In this document: in pieces, positions 8,181 to 18,370 of the stretch
Numbering within the stretch: the stretch's first letter is position 1
How the letters are laid out: every line of letters begins with the position of its first letter
Virus record (IMG/VR): IMGVR_UViG_3300032132_000001
Coordinates: 170,573-234,572 of that record
DNA from: a virus
Direction: 5' to 3' (one strand)
Length of the DNA: 64,000 nt
The notes under the pieces: model-generated
Seen by the model: the letters and a program-made list of their open reading frames with translations, nothing else
What the model was told of the DNA's origin: nothing
Databases searched by the model: none
Made by a program: the position numbers and the translations under genes

Positions 8181-8455
8181 AATGGTTATTTGGGAAGCGA
8201 GAAAAACCCGCAGAGAAAGTACATATTGTAGTAGAACTTAGGGTCTCAGGGAAGCTAGAGCTAAGTGGCGAAGGACTCGGAAAAGTGGAGAGTGCCGAAC
8301 GAGGACCGGGAAGGTTCTCTGACGTCTCCATATCTGAACCTACAGCCAGGGCAGAAACTGCCGCCCAAAGTCCAAAAAGAGCTGAACCGACTATCTCGCC
8401 AGACTTCTTTGCCGATGACGGATCTACTCCGGATGATTTCGGCAAAGAAGTGTGA
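8165..8455 (+). CDS. small acidic protein (96 aa) immediately upstream of the actin-like gene; candidate adaptor or partner
   Basis: ORF track; its stop is followed by GGAGGA and then the ATG of the actin-like gene. Confidence 0.4.
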   Translation: MATMLEWLFGKREKPAEKVHIVVELRVSGKLELSGEGLGKVESAERGPGRFSDVSISEPTARAETAAQSPKRAEPTISPDFFADDGSTPDDFGKEV

Positions 8456-8468
8456 CGGAGGATACTAC

Positions 8469-9497
8469 ATGAATAGAATAGGGCTTGACGTCGGAACCAA
8501 GAACATCGTTCTTGCATATCGCGACGGTAACAAGAAAATCAAGTTCAAAAGGGAGATTAACGGGTTCCTCTCTATCGAGAAGACTGACGGCTTCATGGGC
8601 CAGATGTTGAAGATGCAGAAGGTCCCGGTAATCGAACGCGACGATAGGTTTATTGCTCTGGGGCAAAAGGCTGAAGAGATGGCCTATGCTTTCGGCAACT
8701 TCTTGCGCAGACCGATGGAACAGGGTGTCCTGTCGGTCGGTGAAGACGAGGCGATGAAGATTGTATCCGCTATCATCAAGGGAATCATCGGCAAGTTGAA
8801 GGACGACACAGTCCTATATTACTGTGTCCCCGCCAAAGCGGTAAATGCTGAAGTGAATGTCCAGTTCCACCAGAAGATCGTCCAGGCTATTGTGGACTCA
8901 TATCGTTCTGATGAGTTCAAGCTGGTCGGACACCCGATGAACGAGGCTCGTGCTATCGTTCTGTCCCAAATCCCAGATAAGACCGGAATCGCGGTGAGCT
9001 TTGGCGCTGGTATGGTCAACGTTTCCTACTGCATGTTCGGCCTGCCGATCTACGAATTCTCTATCGTTGGTAGTGGAGACTGGATCGATGTAGAGACCGC
9101 CCGAGTAACTGGTAACTTAGAGGAAGACGAGCACGGAAAATCAAAAGCTGCCCAACTAGTAACCAAAGCCAAAGAAGAGATAGATCTTAGTAAGGGTATG
9201 CCCAGCGACAATCTAAGCCGCGCCATATACATCAACTACGGCCTTCTGATCGACAATGTAGTAAAAGGTATAGTAGAAGGCTTTATGAAGAACGAAAGTA
9301 AAGCGAGATCAGGCAAACCCATGCCAGTGATTTGCGCAGGTGGTACTTCCTCACCAAATGGCTTCCTTGAGATGTTCGCTAACGCGTTCCAGAAAGAGAA
9401 GATGCCATTTGATGTAGGCGAGATTTCCCGCGCACCAGAGCCACTCTACGCGGTGGCCGAAGGTTGCCTCATAGCGTGTGAATTGCATGAGGAGTAG
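8469..9497 (+). CDS. actin-like ATPase (MreB/ParM/Hsp70 superfamily), 343 aa
   Basis: The track ORF 8265..9497 has a 68-aa N-extension. I call the start at ATG 8469 (GGAGGA at -14..-9). Motifs collinear with MreB: phosphate-1 GLDVGTKNIVLAY, phosphate-2 VSFGAGMVNVS, adenosine PVICAGGTSSPNGF. Confidence 0.7.
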   Translation: MNRIGLDVGTKNIVLAYRDGNKKIKFKREINGFLSIEKTDGFMGQMLKMQKVPVIERDDRFIALGQKAEEMAYAFGNFLRRPMEQGVLSVGEDEAMKIVSAIIKGIIGKLKDDTVLYYCVPAKAVNAEVNVQFHQKIVQAIVDSYRSDEFKLVGHPMNEARAIVLSQIPDKTGIAVSFGAGMVNVSYCMFGLPIYEFSIVGSGDWIDVETARVTGNLEEDEHGKSKAAQLVTKAKEEIDLSKGMPSDNLSRAIYINYGLLIDNVVKGIVEGFMKNESKARSGKPMPVICAGGTSSPNGFLEMFANAFQKEKMPFDVGEISRAPEPLYAVAEGCLIACELHEE

Positions 9498-9499
9498 TT

Positions 9500-9889
9500 A
9501 TGCAGATTGGAACCAGATTCCCTTGGTTGTGTTTAATGCTTACCCTTTCTTTGACAGCATCTCTTTGCGGCGGCATCCTGTTGCACTCCCTGAAGGTAGG
9601 ACAGTTGAAGCAAGTGCAGAGGGAACTTGTACTAGAGAAAGAGAAGGTTCGTCTTTGGAGAACCGTCGCAGAAGGCAAAAACGACGAGGCCCTAAAGATC
9701 CTAAAAAGGTTGGAAGGCGCTTCGACCGGACGGCCTAATTTCAAAGAAGACCTATACCATATCTGCAAGCAGATCAAAGAACTCATTGCAGAGAATGATA
9801 TTCCTGGGAAGTTTATGGAGTTCGAAAAGAAACGTAAGGAGATCGAAAAACGTCTTCAAAAAGAATTAGATAAACTACCCAAAGAATAG
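9500..9889 (+). CDS. N-terminal TM anchor plus coiled-coil protein (129 aa); i-spanin-like architecture
   Basis: ORF track; WLCLMLTLSLTASLCGGILL followed by a Lys/Glu-rich helical region. Confidence 0.4.
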   Translation: MQIGTRFPWLCLMLTLSLTASLCGGILLHSLKVGQLKQVQRELVLEKEKVRLWRTVAEGKNDEALKILKRLEGASTGRPNFKEDLYHICKQIKELIAENDIPGKFMEFEKKRKEIEKRLQKELDKLPKE

Positions 9890-9902
9890 CCAAACATACA
9901 TT

Positions 9903-12900
9903 ATGAGCCAAGATGTAGAATTCACTAAACGTCTTCCAATATACAACAATGAAGACGGCGACCAGATCGCTGACGCTCACGGCAACGTTTATGAGTACAA
10001 TGCAGAGCGTCAAGAGTGGATCTTTCTAGGGCAGGTCGCTTGCCCTGACATCGTTACAGAGCAGGAAAGAGGCTTAGTCTCCCCTTCGATTCAACGGAAG
10101 CTTGAGCATCTCCAAAGGCTCATCGATGAAGGTGCTGACTTCAACCTCTTCAAGCTGTTTACGGATGTAGATCCTAACCCATACTACTATCTATTCCAGT
10201 CTGCTGATGGTCTGATCAAGTTCCAACCAGAAGTTATCAAGACTAGTCTTGTCTTGCTACTTCAAGATTTCGTCCAATCGTTCCAGATTGTTTCCGGTAG
10301 CACCATCATCTCAACAAGCCGGAACAACATCGCACCCGGTTCCATGGTTGGGGCGACTATCACGTTTATCACAGGTGCTGAGCGGCGCGAGTCGTTCACT
10401 ATCATTGATCATAATGTCAGACAAGTTGAAATTGCAGGCCAGCTAGACTTAGCAGATGGCGACATCTTCAGAATCTTCACTCCAGCAGAGCAGAAGACCA
10501 ACCTGAGGATGGAGGTAAATCGAGACCAACTATATCGTCGTCTGATTGGTAAGTGTTGTGTTGGCCCGAAAGGCGACCTAGGAGAGAAAGGCAACTCTGG
10601 CCGTGACGGGCTCTCCTCGCCAGATGAGGTGTTTAAGACTCCTGGGCTAGCAACAGATGATGTTCTGACTATAGATGATATTGTCAGCTCCCCAATAGAC
10701 ACACCTATATCTCTACGCTTGTTTCGAGGGGATACGATACTGGTAGAGTTCCTAGTGGCTTTGGACGGCTCGGGCGCTGAGACTACCATTTTCGACGAAG
10801 AAATTCAAATCGAAGAAACTGGATCCACTATCTTCTATGACCAGAGTAACGAAAGGCTCCTAGCTGAAATAAAGTTCACAGCTGGAACAGATGATATAGA
10901 AGATTGGCTATACAAAGCTCGCCAGCAGGGACCTCCCGGAGAGGACGGGAAAGAAGGCAATCAGTTCTTCACTATTGGACAGTCTACCCTTGGTGATCCT
11001 GCTATTCGGAGTGCGAGCGCCCTAATCAGTTTGCGGAAGTCGGAAGTAGACGATTCGATCTTCATCACCGCAGACGAAATGTTCCAAACTGTATGCGCCA
11101 CCAATCTGGTGCCATCGTCCTCTCAGTTCCCAACAGGCGATATCCAAGAGATGAGCCTGGTGTCGGTGGAGATCTCCACTAGAGATTGCAAAGATATCGG
11201 CACCTTCATCTTCCAACCAGTAGAAGAAAAACCCTTACTGATTTTACCACTATGGACACCAACCAAAGATTGCATCGATCCTCGCAGATACTTCCAGTAC
11301 AACTTCGATTGGTACGCATGCCTTGAAGAGAGGTACCCGTTCCAGATCTTCCCGAACCCAAAACCGCCAGAAATGTGCTGTGCGGATGACTTCTTTTTCT
11401 GTCCGAACCTTGGGGATGTGTGTGAAATCGAGGGCGTTCCGAGCGCTCCCCCATTCTTCCCACCAGAAGCTGAGTGCGAGTGTGTTGACCCAATCGAGTT
11501 CGACTTGCAAGGTGGTGGTTTTCTACTAGATCCTCTTGATACTACCGGGTTAGAAAGCGGAGAAATAGCAACCACCTCTATAGAAGGTGTGATTCGTGGG
11601 TGTCCAAACCGGTTCATGCAAGAGCTTACAGTAACTGGTACGACATATTCAGTAGAACTTACTAAATCTCCTATCTGCGGCACAAGCGATTTTGTAGTAG
11701 CAGATTGCCCAATTACGATCCAAGTAGTTCTAACTGGCGATTGTGGAATCGATCAGCCGATTCAGACTGTTACCAGTCTACCATCTTCGGTAGAGTTCAA
11801 CATCGAAGCGACCGACGACGAATGCGAAATCATGGCAGAGATTGTGGTGAACACCGAAGGTGTTGACTGCTGCCAGGGTTACACTATGACCACTACGTTG
11901 ACGCCGGCTATCCCGCCGATTCCACCGATAAGCTCGTTCCCTGGTGTTCCACCAGCGTCGGGGTCGGGTCCTGGCGATACAGCCGGTTCAGGTCCTGGCG
12001 ACACAGCCGGTTCTGGCTCTGGTACGCCACAACAGCCGTTCCCACCAGAGATCACAGGCGGCGGAGGCGGGAAAGAGATCGCGGGAGAAGATGGCGGAGA
12101 AGCAATCGCAGAAACGGGTGGTGGCGTAAGCCCACCGATATCTCCGATCCCACCGGAAGTGGAAGAAAAGCAAACTGCTGAAATCTTCACTGTTACTATT
12201 GATACAAATGGCAACGTCGAAATTGTCGGTGAACACTTCACATTCGATGGTGACTCGATCGTTACTGGTGTTCTGTTTGATGGTATGGACGGGGGCGATT
12301 TTGACGTCCAGGACGATAATACTATTCAAATGGTCCTTGGGATCCCAATTCCACCAGGAAGTACAGTCACCGTACAGCTATTGCTAGAGTGCCCACCAGG
12401 TCTATCTAACACCGTAGAGGCTACAATCCCGCAATCTCCGGTCATTCCGCCGGTTGCGACGTGCATCGAGAACTTCGACAACATCGGCACCTGGTTCGAC
12501 GTCCGGTTCCCGTTGGGAACGGTCATCGAATCTACGAATCAAGCGGAAGGTGCCGGCGCTTTCGAGATCACCCAGATCATCCCGTTTGGTCTTGTAGTCA
12601 ACGGTGGCAATCTGAGCGGCTTTGGAGCGGCCCCTTGGGACTTCTCCAGCGTAAACTCAATCGACATCTTGATTGCGAAAGAGTTCGACCCAGGAGAGTT
12701 CGGACCAGCAGACTTCTTTGAGATTCAATTCACAGACAGTGGATTCAATACCAAGACTATCCAAATACCGTGGCCAGCTACGGCTAGATATCCAGCTGCA
12801 CACCCTCTGAACCCAGGGGACTTCCAGATTCTAAATGTGAATCTGGCTCTCGGCGGGTTTGCGAACATGGCCGACATTATCAATATGGGTATTGCTGTTC

Positions 12901-12962
12901 AAGACTTTGGTACAGCGATTCCGCTGAGCGCTTGGATTGACTGCATGGCGGTCGGCCCCTAA
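9903..12962 (+). CDS. large structural-type protein (1019 aa) with collagen-like Gly-X-Y stretches and an SGPGDTAG tandem repeat; tail-fibre-like or surface protein
   Basis: ORF track; GPKGDLGEKGNSGRDG, GPPGEDGKEG, PGDTAGSGPGDTAGSGSG; Cys-rich middle region; acidic composition. Confidence 0.55.
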   Translation: MSQDVEFTKRLPIYNNEDGDQIADAHGNVYEYNAERQEWIFLGQVACPDIVTEQERGLVSPSIQRKLEHLQRLIDEGADFNLFKLFTDVDPNPYYYLFQSADGLIKFQPEVIKTSLVLLLQDFVQSFQIVSGSTIISTSRNNIAPGSMVGATITFITGAERRESFTIIDHNVRQVEIAGQLDLADGDIFRIFTPAEQKTNLRMEVNRDQLYRRLIGKCCVGPKGDLGEKGNSGRDGLSSPDEVFKTPGLATDDVLTIDDIVSSPIDTPISLRLFRGDTILVEFLVALDGSGAETTIFDEEIQIEETGSTIFYDQSNERLLAEIKFTAGTDDIEDWLYKARQQGPPGEDGKEGNQFFTIGQSTLGDPAIRSASALISLRKSEVDDSIFITADEMFQTVCATNLVPSSSQFPTGDIQEMSLVSVEISTRDCKDIGTFIFQPVEEKPLLILPLWTPTKDCIDPRRYFQYNFDWYACLEERYPFQIFPNPKPPEMCCADDFFFCPNLGDVCEIEGVPSAPPFFPPEAECECVDPIEFDLQGGGFLLDPLDTTGLESGEIATTSIEGVIRGCPNRFMQELTVTGTTYSVELTKSPICGTSDFVVADCPITIQVVLTGDCGIDQPIQTVTSLPSSVEFNIEATDDECEIMAEIVVNTEGVDCCQGYTMTTTLTPAIPPIPPISSFPGVPPASGSGPGDTAGSGPGDTAGSGSGTPQQPFPPEITGGGGGKEIAGEDGGEAIAETGGGVSPPISPIPPEVEEKQTAEIFTVTIDTNGNVEIVGEHFTFDGDSIVTGVLFDGMDGGDFDVQDDNTIQMVLGIPIPPGSTVTVQLLLECPPGLSNTVEATIPQSPVIPPVATCIENFDNIGTWFDVRFPLGTVIESTNQAEGAGAFEITQIIPFGLVVNGGNLSGFGAAPWDFSSVNSIDILIAKEFDPGEFGPADFFEIQFTDSGFNTKTIQIPWPATARYPAAHPLNPGDFQILNVNLALGGFANMADIINMGIAVQDFGTAIPLSAWIDCMAVGP
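11967..12014 (+). repeat. 2 x 24-nt near-perfect tandem repeat (GGTCCTGGCGAYACAGCCGGTTCW) inside CDS 9903..12962
   Basis: Read directly; encodes the SGPGDTAG repeats. Confidence 0.8.
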
Positions 12963-14659
12963 CCCCAGTTGACGGCTTCTTTCATCCAGCCGGGGAGGAG
13001 CTTCTTGGACCGATTGAAGAACTTGCGGAATTCTTCGTCCAAGACGTAGGTGTCCGCGTAGTCTGTCTCGCTTCTCACCACGCGACCCGTGCTTTGAGCA
13101 AGCTTCAGCGCTGTGAGCCAGAGATAATACATGTCGTCCAGGTCCATCCGCATCTTCATCTGCTCGTTCTCGTGGAAGTTGGGGTACGGAACTTTGCAGA
13201 TGATCTGGAAGCGAGCTAAGTCGTCTTTCAGGTCTAGTCCTTCGTGCATAGCAGGTGCGACGATGATCGAGTCGTCTTTCTCAGCGTGCGCTGCCAACAT
13301 GTGCTTCTTGGTCTTGAAGTTCTTCTGAAAGAGCATCCTTCGCGACGCGGCACATTCGTTGACGAGAAGCTCTGAGATTTCGAAATTGTGAGTGTGGATC
13401 ATACCGCGCTGTCTTGGGTAGGATGAGACGATTGAGTCTACATCCTTGATCAGCTTGGGGTATGTCGCTCTCTTGCTTCTGTAGTTGAGAGAACCAGAAG
13501 GCATGAAGTAGATCGGCCTGTTCTTGACCGGGAAGCGGTTCTTCATGCGATACGTGTACACCTCTTCTTGCTCAAGACCAAGAGCACCGTAGATGTGCTG
13601 TGGTGAAAGCACCGTAGCGCTCATCATGAGCGTGTACTCTGCATGCTTGAATAGGTACTCTGGAGCGAAGTCATCCACGAAGATCGGTTTGAACTGGACC
13701 TTATTGAAAGGTCCTCTGGTTTTGTGGTCGAATACCCACGTCTCGTTGGTTGCTTCCGATAGGAAGTTGAGGATCTTCCTTCGAAGATCTAGCCACTCAT
13801 CCTCTTCCCTGAAATTCCCTGCGTACTTGGCCATGGTAGCCATGTCTTCTAGGATTTCCGGGAGGTTGACATCATGGAAGACCTTCTTGTAACCTTGGAT
13901 GTTACTTTGTCGTGGGATTGAGATCCCACGGTGCTTGAAAGGCATATCCTCAACGTTGACGGAAACGAAGTCTAGAATCTCTGACTCAATACCGTGGCAT
14001 TCGTCGATGATGAGAAGGTCACGTTTTGGGAAGCGTTCTGAGATAGAAGTTTGGAACAAGAAAGACTTGAAGTTCATCAAGCAGATTTTGGCTTGTTGGG
14101 CTTCTCTAGTCCTGGCCCAATATGGGCAATGAGAGGGAGCGACGACGCCTAGCTTTCTCTCAAAGCCGCTTGGGAAGCATTCGGCGCATCCGGTGGCGTC
14201 GTCCCGAAGACGGCAGATGCCGCCTGAGCATTCCATCTTGATATCTGCGTGCTGGACGACCCACGTCGCTGTTGGGTCTTTCTTGGCCCTCATGAGGACC
14301 TTTCTGGCGTCTTCATCTGGGAGCTTGTTGTGCACGGTGTCCCAGAACGTGCACGGATAGTTGGATCTTCCCTTTAGGTCAATGGTATCACCATATTGTT
14401 CAAAGTCTCCAATGACCTGATCTTGGAGGAACTTCTGAGGACATACCCAAAAAACTCTATCAAAGAACTGAGCAAGAGTATAGGCAATGACCGATTTTCC
14501 AGACCCACACGGGCCTTCGAACACGATATGGTTCTTTCCGGACTGGTATGCACCCAAGAAGGCTTCGATAGCCTCTTTCTGGCCGTCCCTGTACTCATCG
14601 AAGGGAAAGTGGTGATCAATAACCGCGCCGGGGTTTGCTATTTTCTTCATAGTTCTCAC
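12959..14659 (-). CDS. ATP-dependent helicase, XPD/Rad3/DinG family (Fe-S helicase)
   Basis: 566 aa; Walker A FEGPCGSGKS; DEAH-type motif LIIDECH. Four-Cys cluster between motifs I and II (CTFWD...CSGGIC...CAEC...CPYW), typical of the XPD/DinG 4Fe-4S domain. Confidence 0.7.
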   Translation of the reverse strand: MRTMKKIANPGAVIDHHFPFDEYRDGQKEAIEAFLGAYQSGKNHIVFEGPCGSGKSVIAYTLAQFFDRVFWVCPQKFLQDQVIGDFEQYGDTIDLKGRSNYPCTFWDTVHNKLPDEDARKVLMRAKKDPTATWVVQHADIKMECSGGICRLRDDATGCAECFPSGFERKLGVVAPSHCPYWARTREAQQAKICLMNFKSFLFQTSISERFPKRDLLIIDECHGIESEILDFVSVNVEDMPFKHRGISIPRQSNIQGYKKVFHDVNLPEILEDMATMAKYAGNFREEDEWLDLRRKILNFLSEATNETWVFDHKTRGPFNKVQFKPIFVDDFAPEYLFKHAEYTLMMSATVLSPQHIYGALGLEQEEVYTYRMKNRFPVKNRPIYFMPSGSLNYRSKRATYPKLIKDVDSIVSSYPRQRGMIHTHNFEISELLVNECAASRRMLFQKNFKTKKHMLAAHAEKDDSIIVAPAMHEGLDLKDDLARFQIICKVPYPNFHENEQMKMRMDLDDMYYLWLTALKLAQSTGRVVRSETDYADTYVLDEEFRKFFNRSKKLLPGWMKEAVNWG

Positions 14660-14700
14660 ATACGGGTTCGCATGTCGTATTTGATAGGCAGGTAACCACT

Positions 14701-15783
14701 ATGAAGATAATCATTACTGCTGACGTCCATCTGGGACGTCAAGGACGCCTACGTGACTGTGTGTGGGCCTTGAGAGCAATGCGTGAATACGCGTTGGAGC
14801 ATGAGATAGATGTAGTAGTTATAGCAGGGGATCTCTTCCACGATCGAGTAAGTATCAACATCGAGGTCGGGAATGCTGCAATCGACTTTCTCCGAGAAGC
14901 AAAACAAGAATATGGCCAAGACTGGGTGATATTCCCAGGCAACCACGACATGTTCCTCAAGAACTCGTGGGATTCGAACTCACTCAAGTTTGTTGGTGAC
15001 TATGCCACTCTCGTTGGGGAGATTGGCATAGTAGAAATCTATGGACACCGTTTCTGGATATTGCCGTTTATCCACTATGAGAAGGTGTTCATGAAAGCTC
15101 TTCGAACAATAGAAGAGCATCACCAAGAAGGAGACGTTCTCCTTACTCACATCGGCACGCATGATGCTACGATCAATATGTGTTTCCTTTGTAAACACTG
15201 GAGCTTGGTGAGCTTCGCTAACTCCAAGTTCGATCGCATTTACTCAGGGCACTTCCACTGCCACCAGCAAGTTGGCACCAATATGTGGTACCCAGGAAGC
15301 CCGATACCATTCAACTTCGACGAAGGGCTGATGGAACACGGTTTCTTCGTGTATGATCTAGAAACAAGAGACCACGAATTCGTCAACATACGTGATGCAG
15401 GTTTGTTGTTGGACGAAACTCCAGCGATCGACTTTATCACAATCGGAGACGATGACCTTGACAAAACTGTGCCGGAAAACGCCAAGGTCAGACTGCATCT
15501 TGGCCAGAATCAGACAGACGATGAATACGAGAAAATCAAGGCACGACTGATCGAGGGCGGTGCGGTCTCGGTCGCGCGGATGAAGCTCCAAGAAGAAGAC
15601 GTACAGATAGACGAAGAGAAAATCGGCACCATAGATGTGGCTGACGAATTTTCTCTTGTCAGCTTATATTACGACCACGACAAGCCAGTCGGTATAAGCA
15701 AATCGGTGTTGAAAGAGTTGAACAAAGTCATAGTCAAGAAAAGCCAGGCGATCCTAGATGACGGCGAAGCTGCATATCTCTGA
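14701..15783 (+). CDS. sbcD: SbcD/Mre11-family nuclease (T4 gp47-like), calcineurin-like phosphoesterase
   Basis: 360 aa; N-terminal MKIIITADVHLG...VVVIAGDLFHD...GNHD metallophosphatase motifs; immediately followed by, and overlapping, sbcC. Confidence 0.8.
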   Translation: MKIIITADVHLGRQGRLRDCVWALRAMREYALEHEIDVVVIAGDLFHDRVSINIEVGNAAIDFLREAKQEYGQDWVIFPGNHDMFLKNSWDSNSLKFVGDYATLVGEIGIVEIYGHRFWILPFIHYEKVFMKALRTIEEHHQEGDVLLTHIGTHDATINMCFLCKHWSLVSFANSKFDRIYSGHFHCHQQVGTNMWYPGSPIPFNFDEGLMEHGFFVYDLETRDHEFVNIRDAGLLLDETPAIDFITIGDDDLDKTVPENAKVRLHLGQNQTDDEYEKIKARLIEGGAVSVARMKLQEEDVQIDEEKIGTIDVADEFSLVSLYYDHDKPVGISKSVLKELNKVIVKKSQAILDDGEAAYL

Positions 15784-17866
15784 TATTACTATTCAGAACT
15801 ACAAGGGGTTCGGGGATTGCATCACCATTCCTTTGGACAACCTTGGCCCGGTGCTTATCACGGGAAAGAACGGCGTCGGGAAGACGACAGCTTTCGCCGA
15901 TGCTATAGTTTGGTGTTTGTTTGGTCGCACGATCAACAACCCGCGCCCAGCAGATCGCGTAGTCAACTGGGAAAGAGGACATAGCACTTTGGTCCAAATT
16001 AGGACTAAAGATGGTTGGATAATTAAGCGCACCCGCAAGATGGCAGGTCACAATGATTTGCTAATCTATATGGACGGGGACGAGAAAACAAGATCTACTA
16101 ATGATGCTGCGCAGCAGTTTATCACCAACAAATTCAACCTCGACTATGACATCTTCATCTCCTCTATTCTGTTCGGTCAGAAGGGCGCTTCCCTGCTCAA
16201 GCTCACCGACAAGAAGAGGAAAGAGGCCATTGAGCGCATGTTGATGATGCATGTCCTCAACGTGCGTTCTGGTGTAGCAGCCGGCCTGATGAAAGAAAAA
16301 CAAGACAAGCTGGCAACGCTCAATGCAGTAGATGAAGGATTTGAAAGAGATCAAGATAGAATTGAACAACAGATAATATCAAGCAAAGAGTCTGGTGAGA
16401 ATTTTGAGGTAACCCGAAAAACTCGCAAGACGAAGATCCATGTAGAAAACGATCAGCTGAAGGAAAAAGCCACCAGAATCAAGGATGTTGATAGAGAAGA
16501 ATATCAGAAAAAGTGGGCTGCTATCGACAAGGTCCAGTCCAGATTGCTGATCATACAGAAACAGCGCCGTGATGCTCAATTAGAGGTAACTCGTCTCAAA
16601 GCTGGCGAGGAAGCTGCTCGTAAGCATCTCCTCTTATACGAGTACATCGACTTAGACAAGCTCAAAGAAGGGATTGCAACAATCGAAGAAATCGATGCTA
16701 TCAATGCGCACGAGATGGAGTGTGCGAAAGAGCTTCGAAAACTAGATACAGCAAAGAATAGTATTGAGCGGGACATCCGCAGAGTAGAATCTGACGTAGC
16801 TGCTTGGGAATCGAAACTCAAACACAAGATCTGTCCCAATTGCGAACAAGAGATTCAACATGGGCACGTAGATGAGAAATGCTATCCCCTACAAGAGGGG
16901 ATAGCAAGACACAAAGCTGCCTTAGTCCCGATTGAAGAGAAGATTCACGTGACACAGACTGATATGGACCGTGCTCACGAAGCCCATGAGCAGTTTATCG
17001 GGTTTGAGCCACCTACCTGTTCCATAGAAGAAGCGATCGAATTCAACAAAGAAGTTGATCGTATGAAATCTGAGCAACAAGAGAAAGCGGAAGCTCTTGA
17101 GAAAAAAGCTGTCGAAGTGAAGAAGTTCGCCAAACAAATCGAAAAGGCGATGACCGTTCTTGAGCAGAACAAGCCCGATTTCACCCTAGAGCAGATAGAT
17201 CTCCTAGTCGAGCGTAGAGAAGGATACCTACGTAGAATAGAAGAAAACAAGCGGACCCTTTGGGACATCCGCAAAGAAGAGAACCCATACGATGAAGTAG
17301 TAAGGACTCTAGAAGCTGAAAGTTTGAGATCGAAAGCTCGTAGAGTAGAAAACCAACGCAAAATCGACAATATGAACACCATAATCAGGCATTTAGATTA
17401 TATGAAGAAAGCCTATGGTGACAGGCGTAGGATCAAGAAGATGTTGCTAGCTGATAGGATCCCATACTTAAACAAGAGAATCAAGTACCATGGAGATGTG
17501 TTCGATCTTGCGATCGACCTCAAATTCACCAACACCCTTGGCCTAGATTCTACCACATGGGACTATTCTGAATGTTCTGGTGGGCAGCAATGTAGAATTG
17601 ACGTTGCAGTGATGTTCGCTGTGTATGATCTCATGATTTCTATCTATGGCCAACAGTGCAACATCATGATTATGGATGAGGTAGACAAAGAGCTAGACGA
17701 CGATGGCGTCCCGGCTTTTGTAGAGGCGGTCATGCGCCTATCGTCAAACGACAAGAAACCAAGCACGATATTCGTAATGAGCCACAAGACGACTCTCAAA
17801 TCCGCATTTCCAAGAGAGATCACGCTCACTATGGAAGACGGATACAGTAAAATCAATAGTAACTAG
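15758..17866 (+). CDS. sbcC: SbcC/Rad50-family ATPase (T4 gp46-like)
   Basis: 702 aa; Walker A ITGKNGVGKTT; long coiled coil with central zinc hook CPNC; ABC signature SGGQQ and D-loop MIMDEVD near the C-terminus. Confidence 0.8.
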   Translation: MTAKLHISDITIQNYKGFGDCITIPLDNLGPVLITGKNGVGKTTAFADAIVWCLFGRTINNPRPADRVVNWERGHSTLVQIRTKDGWIIKRTRKMAGHNDLLIYMDGDEKTRSTNDAAQQFITNKFNLDYDIFISSILFGQKGASLLKLTDKKRKEAIERMLMMHVLNVRSGVAAGLMKEKQDKLATLNAVDEGFERDQDRIEQQIISSKESGENFEVTRKTRKTKIHVENDQLKEKATRIKDVDREEYQKKWAAIDKVQSRLLIIQKQRRDAQLEVTRLKAGEEAARKHLLLYEYIDLDKLKEGIATIEEIDAINAHEMECAKELRKLDTAKNSIERDIRRVESDVAAWESKLKHKICPNCEQEIQHGHVDEKCYPLQEGIARHKAALVPIEEKIHVTQTDMDRAHEAHEQFIGFEPPTCSIEEAIEFNKEVDRMKSEQQEKAEALEKKAVEVKKFAKQIEKAMTVLEQNKPDFTLEQIDLLVERREGYLRRIEENKRTLWDIRKEENPYDEVVRTLEAESLRSKARRVENQRKIDNMNTIIRHLDYMKKAYGDRRRIKKMLLADRIPYLNKRIKYHGDVFDLAIDLKFTNTLGLDSTTWDYSECSGGQQCRIDVAVMFAVYDLMISIYGQQCNIMIMDEVDKELDDDGVPAFVEAVMRLSSNDKKPSTIFVMSHKTTLKSAFPREITLTMEDGYSKINSN

Positions 17867-18345
17867 GGCTGCTGGGTGAGCTTCTGGATCTCACCCAAGT
17901 GGCGAGATATTTCGGATATATCTCGCTTTATGACCGACGTGGACAGATTGCCAGCATCGGGGACTGCGGTCTCGATATACTCTACGAAGAATCGGCCCAG
18001 GTGGTCTTTCATTTCTTCGTAGAAGGTCTTAGAGTCGGTCTGGAAATGGCGATATCTATATACTATCTCTTCTATTTTCTTGACTCCCCTGTCTCTTATT
18101 GCTTTACATCTTTCTCGATAATCTTCGTGGAGATCAGGATGGACATAGGTAATATAATGGTCTTCCATGACCATCTGCTTTGCGATGAGTTTCATCAGTG
18201 GCTTTGCTGCTTTTTCTTCCGGAAGGGTCCATAGAATCTCTGCTCTCTTCCGATAATACTCATCATCTAGGACTGGTTTCTCTTGAATATCTGCAGTATG
18301 ACAGCCGCAGACGGTGACCAGCAGTAGGAGATGTAGGCATTTCAT
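17863..18345 (-). CDS. secreted protein or lipoprotein candidate (160 aa)
   Basis: ORF track; N-terminus MKCLHLLLLVTVCGC resembles a signal peptide with a lipobox-like Cys. Confidence 0.45.
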   Translation of the reverse strand: MKCLHLLLLVTVCGCHTADIQEKPVLDDEYYRKRAEILWTLPEEKAAKPLMKLIAKQMVMEDHYITYVHPDLHEDYRERCKAIRDRGVKKIEEIVYRYRHFQTDSKTFYEEMKDHLGRFFVEYIETAVPDAGNLSTSVIKRDISEISRHLGEIQKLTQQP

Positions 18346-18370
18346 AACATATCTACATCAAACCTAAACT

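Noticed and set aside
8265-8468. N-terminal 68-aa extension of the actin-like ORF
   Set aside because: It overlaps the upstream gene. A strong GGAGGA SD sits 8 nt before the internal ATG at 8469, which is where the actin homology begins.
11967-12014. Tandem repeats as a possible CRISPR or mini-array
   Set aside because: Only two units, with no spacers, and in frame within a coding sequence where they encode SGPGDTAG repeats.
10409-12329. Minus-strand ORFs inside the 1019-aa gene (10409..10789, 11123..11683, 11879..12241, 11988..12329)
   Set aside because: Antisense to a long continuous plus-strand ORF with recognisable collagen-like repeats; low-complexity Pro/Ser/Gly products.
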